DNA from: Neoechinorhynchus agilis
Lineage: Eukaryota; Animalia; Acanthocephala
Direction of reading: 5' to 3'
Assembly (NCBI GenBank): GCA_051530055.1
Contig: CM121341.1
Span: forward strand, 3,879,761-3,943,760
Length of the DNA: 64,000 nucleotides
Shown here: one piece after another, positions 12,001 to 24,090 of the stretch
Layout: every line of letters starts with the position of its first letter
Position numbering within the stretch: position 1 is the stretch's first letter
Program-made: the position numbers and the translations under genes
Notes under the pieces: model-generated
Told to the model about the DNA's origin: nothing
What the model saw: only the letters and a program-made list of their open reading frames with translations
Database searches by the model: none

Positions 12001-15000
12001 TCCTCTGTAGTTGTTTCACCACCGCCGCCGTCTTCTGTGGTTATTGTCTCCTCTGTAGTTGTTTCACCACCTCCGCCGTTTTCTGTTGTTGTCTCCTCCG
12101 TAGTTGTTTCACCACCTTCGCCGTATTCTGTGGTAGTTGTCTCCTCTGTAGTTGTTTCACCACCGCCGCCGTCTTCTGTGGTTGTTGTCTCCTCTGTAGT
12201 TGTTTCACCACCTCCGCCGTCTTCTGTTGTTGTTGTCTCCTCCGTAGTTGTTTCACCGCCTCCCCCATCTTCTGTAGTTGTTGTCTCTCCGTTGTTGTCT
12301 CTCTGTAGTTGTTTCACCACCGCCGCCGTCTTCTGTGGTTGTTGTCTCCTCTGTAGTTGTTTCACCACCTTCGCCGTCTTCTGTGGTTGTTGTCTCCTCC
12401 GTAGTTGTTTCACCGCCTCCCCCATCTTCTGTGGTTGTTGTCTCCTCTGTAGTTGTTTCACCACCGCCGTCTTCTGTTGTTGTTGTCTCCTCCGTAGTTG
12501 TTTCACCGCCTCCCCCATCTTCTGTAGTTGTTGTCTCTTCCGTAGTTGTCTCACCGCCTCCCCCATCTTCTGTGGTTGTTGTCTCCTCTGTAGTTGTTTC
12601 ACCACCGCCGCCGTCTTCTGTGGTTGTTGTCTCCTCTGTAGTTGTTTCACCACCGCCGTCTTCTGTGGTTGTTGTCTCCTCTGTAGTTGTTTCACCACCT
12701 CCGCCGTCTTCTGTGGTTGTTGTCTCCTCTGTAGTTGTTTCACCACCGCCGCCGTCTTCTGTGGTTGTTGTCTCCTCCGTAGTTGTTTCACCACCGCCGC
12801 CGTCTTCTGTGGTTGTTGTCTCCTCTGTAGTTGTTTCACCACCTCCGCCGTCTTCTGTGGTTGTTGTCTCCTCCGTAGTTGTTTCACCGCCTCCCCCATC
12901 TTCTGTGTTGTTGTCTCCTCTGTAGTTGTTTCACCACCTCGCCGCTTCTGTGGTGTGCTCTGTAGTTGTTTCACCACCGCCGCCGTCTTCTGTGGTTGTT
13001 GTCTCCTCTGTAGTTGTTTCACCACCTCCGCCGTCTTCTGTGGTTGTTGTCTCCTCCGTAGTTGTTTCACCGCCTCCCCCATCTTCTGTAGTTGTTGTCT
13101 CTTCCGTAGTTGTTTCACCACCGCCGCCGTCTTCTGTGGTTGTTGTCTCCTCCGTAGTTGTTTCACCACCTCCGCCGTCTTCTGGTTGTTGTCTCCTCCG
13201 TAGTTGTTTCACCACCGCCGCCGTCTTCTGTGGTTGTTGTCTCCTCTGTAGTTGTTTCACCACCTCCGCCGTCTTCTGTAGTTGTTGTCTCCTCCGTAGT
13301 TGTTTCACCACCGCCGCCGTCTTCTGTGGTTGTTGTCTCCTCTGTAGTTGTTTCACCACCGCCGCCGTCTTCTGTGGTTGTTGTCTCCTCTGTAGTTGTT
13401 TCGCCACCTCCGCCGTCTTCTGTAGTTGTTGTCTCTTCCGTAGTTGTTTCACCACCGCCGCCGTCTTCTGTAGTTGTTGTCTCCTCTGTAGTTGTTTCAC
13501 CACCGCCGCCGTCTTCTGTGGTTGTTGTCTCCTCTGTAGTTGTTTCACCACCTCCGCCGTCTTCTGTGTCTTCTGGTTGTTGTTGTCTCCTCCGTAGTTG
13601 TTTCACCACCTCCGCCGTCTTCTGTAGTTGTTGTCTCTTCCGTAGTTGTTTCACCACCGCCGCCGTCTTCTGTGGTTGTTGTCTCCTCTGTAGTTGTTTC
13701 ACCACCTCCGCCGTCTTCTGTGGTTGTTGTCTCCTCTGTAGTTGTTTCACCACCGCCGCCGTCTTCTGTGGTTGTTGTCTCCTCTGTAGTTGTTTCACCA
13801 CCTCCGCCGTCTTCTGTTGTTGTCTCCTCCGTAGTTGTTTCACCGCCTCCCCCATCTTCTGTGGTTGTTGTCTCCTCCGTAGTTGTTTCACCACCCCGCC
13901 GCTTCTGTGTGTGTCTCCTCTGTAGTTGTTTCACCACCGCCGCCGTCTTCTGTGGTTGTTGTCTCCTCTGTAGTTGTTTCACCACCGCCGCCGTCTTCTG
14001 TGGTTGTTGTCTCCTCTGTAGTTGTTTCACCACCTCCGCCGTCTTGGTTGTTGTCTCCTCTGTAGTTGTTTCGCCACCTCCGCCGTCTTCTGTAGTTGTT
14101 GTCTCCTCCGTAGTTGTTTCACCACCGCCGCCGTCTTCTGTAGTTGTTGTCTCCTCCGTAGTTGTTTCACCACCGCCGCCGTCTTCTGTGGTTGTTGTCT
14201 CCTCCGTAGTTGTTTCCACCGCCGCCGTCTTCTGTAGTGTCATCATTTTCACATCCATCGCCGTCATCATCATCGCATTCATCGTCATCATCATCACATT
14301 CATCGTCGTCATCATCGCCCCCATCACAACCGTCCCCCCCCCCCGTAGTCCCCCCTGTTGTTGTCTCTCGTAGTTGTTTCCCACCCCGCCGTCTTCTGGT
14401 TGTCTCTCGAGTTGTTTCACCACCCCGCCGTCTTCTGTAGTTGTTGTCTCCTCTGTAGTTGTTTCGCCACCTCCGCCGTCTTCTGTAGTTGTTGTCTCTT
14501 CCGTAGTTGTTTCACCACCGCCGCCGTCTTCTGTGGTTGTTGTCTCCTCCGTAGTTGTTTCACCACCGCCGCCGTCTTCTGTAGTGTCATCATTTTCACA
14601 TCCATCGCCGTCATCATCATCGCATTCATCGTCATCATCATCACATTCATCGTCGTCATCATCGCCCCCATCACAACCGTCTTCTGTAGTTGTTGTCTCC
14701 TCTGTAGTTGTTTCGCCACCTCCGCCGTCTTCTGTAGTTGTTGTCTCTTCCGTAGTTGTTTCACCACCGCCGCCGTCTTCTGTGGTTGTTGTCTCCTCGT
14801 AGTTGTTTCCCACCGCCGCCGTCTCTGTTTGTCTCCTCGTAGTTGTTCCCACCCCGCCGTCTTCTGTGTTGTCTCTCCCCCCGCTTCTTGTGTTTCTCCG
14901 TAGTTGTTTCCCCACCGCCGCCGTCTTCTGTGGTTGTTGTCTCCTCAGTTGTTTTGCTGCAAATTGGTGGAATATATTTTAATATATATTGATTGCAGCA

Positions 15001-15168
15001 ATCGCCTGCATTATGTCCATGTAGTTTTCCAGTGTAGCATGGCTTTAATTTTACTGGAAAACGCTTTGAAATGCGTGTATTCTTGATATCGCCATGCAAT
15101 GGTAATTCCGCAACCAAATGAATCAAGGTAGCGATTAGTGCAACTGTTGTTATTCTAATGATCTTCAT
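9038..15168 (-). CDS. Secreted Thr/Gly/Glu-rich mucin-like repeat protein (~2,000 aa), frameshifted in this assembly
   Basis: ATG 15168 opens a hydrophobic signal-like MKIIRITTVALIATLIHLVA, then KR and a 4-Cys segment. 48-bp units encoding EDGGGGETTTEETTTT (45-bp variants) span ~9300-14950. Three Asp/Cys blocks are interspersed. The unique C-terminus ..EYGHRIIHNSSINDEQHVSGDAQLRVAPVVLEF ends at TAG 9038-9040. Several 1-4 nt indels lie between ~10620 and 14900. Confidence 0.75.
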
Positions 15169-15559
15169 CGGTTTAATGTTAATCGTTTTCAATACATTCT
15201 ATGTCGACTTTCGTTGAGTTTTGTCGTATCTCTGTATGTCACAAACTGCGCTTCATATGTTTATTGTTGTTGTCACATTCATAGAAGGAGTGATATACGC
15301 GGTTTTCTTGGTTTATGTTACTTTTGTTTCTATTGACAAGCCATTTTGTTTGTTTATGTTTTTACATGTTACCCATTTCTCGTTTAATTGTATCATAGAG
15401 AATATGTGTTAAAAGATTTTTTTTCGGACGTAGTCCACATAATCGTCAATCACAAAGCATACGAATTAATTGGGATAAACAATGAACCATATAATCAGGA
15501 AGTGCGGCGTGTATTAACTAAAAAAATTCAGTCAGTGAAATAATGCCCAACATAATGTG

Positions 15560-16260
15560 TTATGTCATTACTGATTGAAACCATAAAATAAGGGTAGACA
15601 TCCTTTAAATCAAGCCTCGAATACTGTCTCTTGCCCTAAATCTTACATATTATCTCATCCCAGGTCGGTAAAATATAACTATCGACACACAGGTGAATGT
15701 TTATTGTAACTCTGAAGTCACCACAAATTCGCAAATTTCCATTGGATTTTCGTGTTAGCACGATTGGCGCCGCCCAGTCGATTGTATCGATGCTTAGAAC
15801 TTTGGCATACAGATGCCGATGGATTTCCTGTTCGACTTCCGTTCGCATGGCTAGAGGGATTCGGCTGCTATTCCAACACCTGCGTACGGTCCCAGGTTTT
15901 AATAGTAAGGAAATTTCTGTGTTTAGCACTGGAGAAGTAGCTGGTTGAAATGCTCTATGATGCTTGCTCCCAACTCGCATTACCGAATTTGCATCTATGC
16001 GCCCCTTCAAATCCCTTTCGGCTGCTGCATTATCAGTTTTATAACTCACGGTAGCAGGCCATGGCATCCGGAAAGCATGCATCCACGGTCGATTAGACAA
16101 ACTGAACCTCCCCTGTTCGACTATTACGGCTTCTAGTATCCTTGTTTCGCCTTACAATATCACTTTCACTTTGCACCTGCCAAATGTTTTAAGCTTCTTG
16201 CCCCCCATAAACTGTAAGTGGTTTTGTTGACATTAGTATCGGTGCTCCAATAGTTTCCTA
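15560..16260 (-). mobile_element. Gypsy LTR retrotransposon protease-RT fragment
   Basis: KPLTVYGG..; IPLAMRTEVEQEI..DWAAPIVLTRKSNGNLRICGDFRVTIN..YILPTWDEI; then SRLDLKDVY. Confidence 0.85.
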
Positions 16261-16279
16261 ATGCTTGGCGAAGAAAAAT

Positions 16280-17945
16280 TTTAATTTATTTATTAACTTA
16301 AATTTTCGGCCTGCTCGCTGGCCTTCTTCAGACCGCTGCACGGTGAGACTAATGTTTTGGCACAAAAATATTGGTTCGCGATTATCCTATGTTATTATTG
16401 CTAATCGCAGACCTATTTCCTTGGTCAGCACAGCAACCCGTAGGTTTTGAAGCCTAACGGAGCGAAGGTAAGATATGTAGCGAAGTTGCTGTATTTGGCA
16501 ATTTTCCTTCGCTCCGCAGCAGTGGATACTTTGCCGGCGCCTTTCTTCGCAACCTCGAAGTTGCTCCTGGCCAATAACACATAAGACAGCTGCTGCGGCT
16601 CCCGGGGAAGACGGTCACTCCGTGCGATCGTTTTTAATCGAGGCGTCCTAGATTCCTTGGTTCGAGGACGATGGGAATGTTAATGTGGAACAAAACTTTG
16701 CTGATTATGTCGATGAGTGCCGAGTGTATCGGGAACCTCCCTGCCGAGCGCCTGCAACAGAGCCGATGCGTTCCAGCTTCGTCTACATGTGAGCCACAAT
16801 GACATTGGTGCGGGATGATGCAAATATTCAATCCGAACCTGAGGCAAAATGAGATGCGCAATTTCTCGTCATCTAGTAATGTTCCCAAGCGTTCATTGGG
16901 CAAAGCTTCGAGCCATGATCCCGATTCTTTGGTCGAATTAGCCATCAGCCGAATTCGAGACATCTCATCCATCAGGTCCATTAAAGAGTTGTAAACCTGA
17001 TGAACGAGCAGTGAGTCCCAAGATTGCTGTTTGGTGCAGTTTCGGTTGAGGATGATCCAATCCGGTTAGTGACGACCATTTCGATAGGGCCTCTTTGAGA
17101 TGCCTTTCACTAACCTCATCGAAAACTTTTTCGAGTGTTCATGACTCGCGCATATTGACGCAAGGAAGGAGGGTAAGGCAAGGTCACTCGTACGTCTAAT
17201 GCCAGAACCAGCGAAAGATGCGGGCAAGGTTGTTTGCCTTCATGATAATTCGCCGAAGCTCACATTTAGAATGTTTTCAAGTTTGTCGCGTACGAGGTTG
17301 TCGAGCTTAGCCAAGTCGCTCTGATGGTTGAAGGTTAGAGTGGTTCTGAGGTTGTAGAGAAGCTTCGGTATGTAGAGGTAATTTTTGATGAGAAACACTG
17401 TCTCGTGGGTTTTTAGCTTTGTTGCCCTTTCACATAGTAGCTCCAGACTGGGCAGTTAGCCTTCGGTATCCATTGGAACGTTCTGCCCTAGAACGCATGA
17501 ACCCAACAAACTAAGCTGATATAACTGAGTCGACCTCAAGCTTGGTGCGACGGGGGTAAAGTCGCGAAGTATGTTGGTCCGGTTCACCTCCTCCACGTTA
17601 ATTGACAGTAGGTCACACTTCGAGAGGTTGAGCTCCAAACCAAACGCTGAAATCGTTTCCGAAATTTTCTCCAGGTCCTTTAATACAATCTCCGGCTTGT
17701 ATCCAAGAATAGCGTCATCTAAATACCACTCTTTGAATTTCGATCTGAGTGATGCCAGCGGGTATATCGCAAGTTAAAATCCGATCGGGTCCAGAGGATC
17801 TCCCGGTTGTACATCGGATTGAAACCAAATCAGGTTATTCTCCTAGAATAAATGGGTCTTCGAGCCATAAGTTTTGTTGAAATATGGAAGAGCTTCCGGA
17901 AGGTGATCTGAGATTCTGTTTAAAAGCATGTTTCTGAAGTCAATT
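16280..17945 (-). mobile_element. CRE-like non-LTR retrotransposon, 3' half (RT, zinc knuckle, REL), decayed
   Basis: QPGDPL..EWYLDDAILG..GLELNLSKCDLL; ESGSWLEALP..CHCGSHVDEAGTHRLCC..LEP; FAPLGFKTYG; FLCQNISLTVQR..EEGQ; then an AATAAA-rich end. Multiple stops. Confidence 0.85.
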
Positions 17946-18499
17946 TGTGCACAGCTTTTTGGTGGGGAGATAACTCAGTGACATTCCTCGGGGCATGCAC
18001 GATCGCTTCTGATCCACATGATGTACAACAACCGAGTTGTATGGGGCGAAGTACCAGGCCAACTTTCTGTGTGATCCTTTTGCATATGATTTTTGCGGAT
18101 AATCTTCGCAGGGTACAGCTTATCGTAATCGGACGAATTCTCCTTTTTTGAAATACCGCACAGGGATGCAGGGAAGAAGAGCTGTTTTAGAATCGTACCA
18201 AGGTCTCCTCCCCTCAATAACCGACCTTGAGTAAAGCGTTTCCTATCGAAATCGCAGCGGATCAACTCGTTAAAGACATCATGTCTTTTTGATGCGGCGG
18301 GCGTAGACCATCTGTATGGAAAATTTCCTTTAGGGCGGGGATTGAACAAGAAATATCTGAATTTATGCAAACAGCATTTATAAAATCGAAACAATCTAAC
18401 AAACGATTCATTAAAAAATTAAGAAGATACTCTCAATCGCGGATAAAAGATATTTTACTGCTAAGAAACATTTCGAAGGAAGCCAAAACACTTATAGGA

Positions 18500-18830
18500 T
18501 GTTTTATATCCTCTAAGTCCGCTGTGACTTTGGTATCCCACTGGTCAGACATACGCTTTATCTTTTATAACCTGACCAACGACCACACACACAAAACAAC
18601 ATTGTGCTGATGTTAATATCGATTACCACAACTTCTCCCCCTTATAATTGTTGAACCCTTATAAGTACTTGTCGAAAGGTAAAATCGGTTTTCGGAGTTG
18701 TCGAGTACTTCTTCTCAGCGTCATCGGCACATGGTCTTTGTTTCCTAGGACTTGCTGACCACCTACGATTGTAGCAGCGGGATGTTCCTTGGGGATTTGG
18801 ACATCGACCATTTCTGGTACCGCGGTTCCT
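18500..18830 (-). mobile_element. LTR retrotransposon 3' end: pol tail, polypurine tract, LTR start
   Basis: LRRSTRQLRKPILPFDKYL* is followed by PPT AAGGGGGAGAAG and TGTGGTAATC.. (LTR start at 18630 on minus). The LTR end is uncertain (~18500-18523). Confidence 0.6.
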
Positions 18831-19792
18831 TGTGAAATATTTCATAACAATAAAAGAATCTTTAATCGGGATTATGTTCACCAGCCTCCAAAGAAAGTGA
18901 ATATGTCGATGACAATGGGAAATGTATAATGCAGTGCATTAAGCAAATCGATATCTACGGTTAAATCAAATGGCATTTCCTGTGGTTATCCAAAGAACAG
19001 GAAAACTTGGCGAAAACTGTCGAGGAGAAAAAGAAAGAGTACAAAGCCACTATATTGATTATTCACGTTTTCAGCAGAAAATAACCAAACTGAACTCAAA
19101 ATACGGCGGAAGTCGAGAATTTCGACATTAGCACATCACAAACTGATAGAATGTTGAATAAACCAAATTCAAGAAAAATCATAAAGTCAACGATTTCGAT
19201 AACAAAGAACGAGGAAAAAGAAAGAGAATCAAAGGGAGATCGATGTGTTCTATTGATAATATGGATCGGGACACTTGGAAAATGGATTTGTTGGGGAGGA
19301 GATAAAATGTCATCAAGGTTCTCATCGTGGATGCGTACGCGGTTGAAAGCTTTACTCCTTTCGACGAAAGTCGGCTTGCTCAACCGCATTTTGATCAGTT
19401 TATGGATTGTCGACAGATTTCTCTACCGCATGTTATTTTTATCGATTGTTCTTTATTTAAGCAATTGAAGCGGTTGAAAAACAAATCGATTTATTTTCGA
19501 ACCAATATTTCAGAGTTTTACTCCTAATTTTGGTGAAAATCAGTTTGCTCAACCGCATTTTGATCAGTTCATTGATTGTCGACTGATTTCTCAACCGCAT
19601 GTTATTTTTGTCGATTGTTCTTTATTTAAGCAATAGAAGCGGTTGAAAAACAAATCGATGTATTTCCGAACCAATATTTCAGAGTTTTACTCCTAATTTT
19701 GGTGAAAATCAGTTTGCTCAACCGCATTTTGATGAATTGTCGACTGATTTCTCAACCGCATGTTATTTTTATCGACTGTTCTTTATTTAAGC

Positions 19793-20408
19793 TTCGGGCG
19801 ACACGGTCTCGTCTGCAGAAGGTCAGCAGGAAGGTTTTCACGCCATTCTGAAATCAATAACGTAATTTCTCGGGCGTTGAGAACGGCGAACTTCCCGAAC
19901 ATCCTGGAACCCGCCCACCTCTGCAGACTAGACGGCCGTAGGCCCGATGGAATTTCGGTATTCCCGTGGCGGGAGGGCAAATGCCTTCTCTGGGACGCCA
20001 CGTGTGTGGATACCCTCGCAGCCAGCAACATCCCCTACTCCCTCGAAATCGCCGGTGGTGCCGCCAGTGCAGCGGAAGGGAGGAAGGTACGAAAATATAT
20101 GCAGCTATCGAGGGCTCACTATTTTGTCCCCTTTGGGGTAGAGACGTATGGAGCGCTCGGCAGCTCGGCACTCTCTCTGCTCAAGGATCTCTCGAAGAAA
20201 TTGAGAGAGGCAACCGGAGACTCAAGAGCAGGCTTATTTCTTCGACAAAATATCTCGCTGGCAGTACAACGGGGCAATGCTGCCAGCGTGATGGCGACGG
20301 TCGAGGAAGGACAAAAGCTGGAATTTGGTGGGAGGTGGTGAATGTAAAGAAAAGTAACCAAATAGAAAACAATACTGCCTAAAAAAAAAGTTTCAGGATT
20401 AAAAAAAA
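19793..20408 (+). mobile_element. 5'-truncated CRE-like insertion (zinc knuckle end, REL endonuclease, 3'UTR, poly(A))
   Basis: GRHGLVC..RHSEINNVISRAL..EP..RPDG..WDATCVD..AE.RK.RKY..FVPFGVETYG..QNISLAVQRGNAASV..GGRW*; A10 at 20401-20410; splits the monomer at AAGC^AATTGAAG; no obvious TSD. Confidence 0.9.
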
Positions 20409-21918
20409 AATTGAAGCGGTTGAAAAACAAATCGATTTAATTTCGAACCAATATTTCAGAGTTTTACTCCTAATTTTGGTGAAAATCAGTTTGCTCAACC
20501 GCATTTTGATCAGTTCATTGATTGTCGACTGATTTCTCAACCGCATGTTATTTTTGTCGATTGTTCTTTATTTAAGCAATAGAAGCGGTTGAAAAACAAA
20601 TCGATTTATTTTCGAACCAATATTTCAGAGTTTTACTCCTTTCCACGAAAATCGGTTTGCTCAGCCACATTTTGATCAGTTTATTGATTGTCGACAGATT
20701 TCTCTACCGCATGTTATTTTTATCGATTGTTCTTTATTTAAGCAATTGAAGCGGTTGAAAAACAAATCGATTTATTTTCGAACCAATATTTCAGAGTTTT
20801 ACTCCTAATTTTGGTGAAAATCAGTTTGCTCAGCCGCATTTTGATCAGTTTATTGATTGTCGACTGATTTCTCAACCGCATGTTATTTTTATCGATTGTT
20901 CTTTATTTAAGCAATTGAAGCGGTTGAAAAACAAATCGATTTATTTTCGAACCAATATTTCAGAGTTTTACTCCTAATTTTGGTGAAAATCAGTTTGCTC
21001 AACCGCATTTTGATCAGTTTATTGATTGTCGACTGATTTCTCAACCGCATGTTATTTTTATCGATTGTTCTTTATTTAAGCAATTGAAGCGGTTGAAAAA
21101 CAAATCGATTTATTTTCGAACCAATATTTCAGAGTTTTACTCCTAATTTTGGTGAAAATCAGTTTGCTCAACCGCATTTTGATCAGTTTATTGATTGTCG
21201 ACTGATTTCTCAACCGCATGTTATTTTTATCGATTGTTCTTTATTTAAGCAATTGAAGCGGTTGAAAAACAAATCGATTTATTTTCGAACCAATATTTCA
21301 GAGTTTTACTCCTAATTTTGGTGAAAATCAGTTTGCTCAACCGCATTTTGATCAGTTTATGGATTGTCGACTGATTTCTCAACCGCATGTTATTTTTATC
21401 GATTGTTCTTTATTTAAGCAATTGAAGCGGTTGAAAAACAAATCGATTTATTTTCGAACCAATATTTCAGAGTTTTACTCCTAATTTTGGTGAAAATCGG
21501 TTTGCTCAACCGCATTTTGATCAGTTTATGGATTGTCGACAGATTTCTCTACCGCATGTTATTTTTATCGATTGTTCTTTATTTAAGCAATTGAAGCGGT
21601 TGAAAAACAAATCGATTTATTTTCGAACCAATATTTCAGAGTTTTACTCCTAATTTTGGTGAAAATCAGTTTGCTCAACCGCATTTTGATCAGTTCATTG
21701 ATTGTCGACTGATTTCTCAACCGCATGTTATTTTTGTCGATTGTTCTTTATTTAAGCAATAGAAGCGGTTGAAAAACAAATCGATGTATTTCCGAACCAA
21801 TATTTCAGAGTTTTACTCCTAATTTTGGTGAAAATCAGTTTGCTCAACCGCATTTTGATGAATTGTCGACTGATTTCTCAACCGCATGTTATTTTTATCG
21901 ACTGTTCTTTATTTAAGC

Positions 21919-22534
21919 TTCGGGCGACACGGTCTCGTCTGCAGAAGGTCAGCAGGAAGGTTTTCACGCCATTCTGAAATCAATAACGTAATTTCTCGGG
22001 CGTTGAGAACGGCGAACTTCCCGAACATCCTGGAACCCGCCCACCTCTGCAGACTAGACGGCCGTAGGCCCGATGGAATTTCGGTCTTCCCGTGGCGGGA
22101 GGGCAAATGCCTTCTCTGGGACGCCACGTGTGTGGATACCCTCGCAGCCAGCAACATCCCCTACTCCCTCGAAATCGCCGGTGGTGCCGCCAGTGCAGCG
22201 GAAGGGAGGAAGGTACGAAAATATATGCAGCTATCGAGGGCTCACTATTTTGTCCCCTTTGGGGTAGAGACGTATGGAGCGCTCGGCAGCTCGGCACTCT
22301 CTCTGCTCAAGGATCTCTCGAAGAAATTGAGAGAGGCAACCGGAGACTCAAGAGCAGGCTTATTTCTTCGACAAAATATCTCGCTGGCAGTACAACGGGG
22401 CAATGCTGCCAGCGTGATGGCGACGGTCGAGGAAGGACAAAAGCTGGAATTTGGTGGGAGGTGGTGAATGTAAAGAAAAGTAACCAAATAGAAAACAATA
22501 CTGCCTAAAAAAAAAGTTTCAGGATTAAAAAAAA
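21919..22534 (+). mobile_element. Second near-identical copy of the CRE-like 3' insertion
   Basis: Offset of exactly 2126 bp from the first copy, same junctions, one substitution noticed (GGTA vs GGTC). Confidence 0.9.
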
Positions 22535-22977
22535 AATTGAAGCGGTTGAAAAACAAATCGATTTAATTTCGAACCAATATTTCAGAGTTTTACCCTAATT
22601 TTGGTGAAAATCGGTTTGCTCAGCCGCATTTTGATGGATTGTCGACTGATTTCTCTACCGCATGTTATTTTTATCGATTACTAGATTTTTTATTTTGGAC
22701 CGATATTTCAGAGTTTTACTCCTTTGCGCTGAATGCGAACCGATTCAAGGGATTACTCACCTTTTCCTTTCACACAAAATTTTATTTATAAAAAGGTTCT
22801 ACCGTGTTCGAAAACGTAAGTTTCTCTATAAACTCGGGCGCTAAAAACGTGAGCGGACGAATGTAATATCGAGTTCAGGTAAAAGAAGGTCGGCCAGTGG
22901 CCTTTTGCAAGCCACGAGGAATTAAGGGCTTTTCCGTTCCGTGTTTTAGAGGTATCTACTGCCCGTTTGAGTTGCGA

Positions 22978-24090
22978 ATGGACGATCTATTTAAGAAGCT
23001 CGACCAACTAAGCAATTCATCGGATGGATCTGAAGAGAATGAAGAGATGATCAAAGATTGCGGTTCGCCGTTATCGGCAGACGAAGAATCCACTCGAAAT
23101 AATGACGTAAACGCTGAGCCTCTGAGACCTGCCGAGGAAGGTGGAAGTTCAGATAGTAGTTCGTTTGGTTCGTTGGTTGCACCGGAGACTGAACTCAGTT
23201 CAAATAGCGACAATGAGTCTCAAATTAATTCGAATCCTGAACTTACGAAGCAGGATGTTGATCCGAATAATTCTGAGTGCCATCCTCAAGCTCCAGTTCT
23301 ACGAATTCAAGTTCCAAAGAAGGAACGACTGGAGGCTAAAGCTGAATACACTCGATTACCCGGCTATATTCGGATAGCCAGCGAGATATTCGATGAAGAA
23401 ACCTTTGAAAATGATATCGGAGATTTGCCCGAAGACATCGAGATGCATCATTTGGTGGCTACTTCAGTTCTGACTAAGAATACGGTCCGGTGGCGACGAG
23501 CGGAAAATGGTAACCTAGAGAGCAATGCAAAGATTCTCACTTGGGACAATGGAACTCGATCATTGATGATAGGCGATGTTTTATTTGATATAAAACCGGC
23601 CATTAATCCTAGCAATAATCGAATCTTTGTGAACATGGACGACTACCATCTTGGTTGTACTATTCCATCGACTAGAATTCTGCTGAACGCTGTCAAAATG
23701 GATTATAATACCATGGCTCAGGTTAATCAATCCCTTCGGGAAATCCGTGAGGGCAAAAAGAAGGAGGTCGAACCATTGATCGATGATACACGGGATCCGG
23801 AGATAGTTCGTTTGGAGCAAATAAGAAAGACCGAGGAAATTTTGAAAGCCGAGGAAAAACGACGAAATGCTCAATTGAGGAGAAGGGAAGTTGCTGCAAG
23901 GAGGGCGAATAAAATGGCAGTGGAGTTTCTTGAGGAAGACAGTAATGACGAATTAAAGAAAGATTGGGAAGGCAGTGAAAACGATACGGATTTGTTCGAG
24001 GGCACGAATGCCAATGCTTCTGATGTCGATGAATCAGATAAGAAGCGTGGCGGGCGTGTGGTTAGAATCGAAGAGAGCGACGAGGATTGA
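22978..24090 (+). CDS. LEO1: RNA polymerase-associated protein LEO1 (Paf1 complex), single exon
   Basis: Acidic N-terminus (MDDLF..); Leo1 core RLPGYIRI..FDEETFE..NTVRWRR..ESNAKILTWDNGTRSLMIGD..RDPE..EE.LKA; acidic tail. ATG 22978 preferred over the track's GTG at 22897. Confidence 0.9.
   Translation: MDDLFKKLDQLSNSSDGSEENEEMIKDCGSPLSADEESTRNNDVNAEPLRPAEEGGSSDSSSFGSLVAPETELSSNSDNESQINSNPELTKQDVDPNNSECHPQAPVLRIQVPKKERLEAKAEYTRLPGYIRIASEIFDEETFENDIGDLPEDIEMHHLVATSVLTKNTVRWRRAENGNLESNAKILTWDNGTRSLMIGDVLFDIKPAINPSNNRIFVNMDDYHLGCTIPSTRILLNAVKMDYNTMAQVNQSLREIREGKKKEVEPLIDDTRDPEIVRLEQIRKTEEILKAEEKRRNAQLRRREVAARRANKMAVEFLEEDSNDELKKDWEGSENDTDLFEGTNANASDVDESDKKRGGRVVRIEESDED

Larger units (their letters stand above)
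19345..22720. repeat. 169-bp AT-rich satellite array with two embedded retrotransposon 3' ends
   Basis: CAATTGAAGCGG at 20743, 20912, 21081, 21250, 21419 and 21588 (period 169). The monomer has CTCAACCGCAT twice and an inverted GCGGTTGA. Confidence 0.97.

Noticed and set aside
9071-15086. Long plus-strand Cys-rich (CCLLCSCFTT) and Pro/Ser/Val-rich ORFs, and minus-strand Gln/Lys-rich ORFs
   Set aside because: Shadow frames of the 48-bp repeat. Only the T/E/D/G frame connects to a signal peptide and a unique C-terminus.
22897-22977. N-terminal extension of LEO1 from GTG 22897
   Set aside because: Non-ATG start; similarity to LEO1 begins at MDDLF (ATG 22978).
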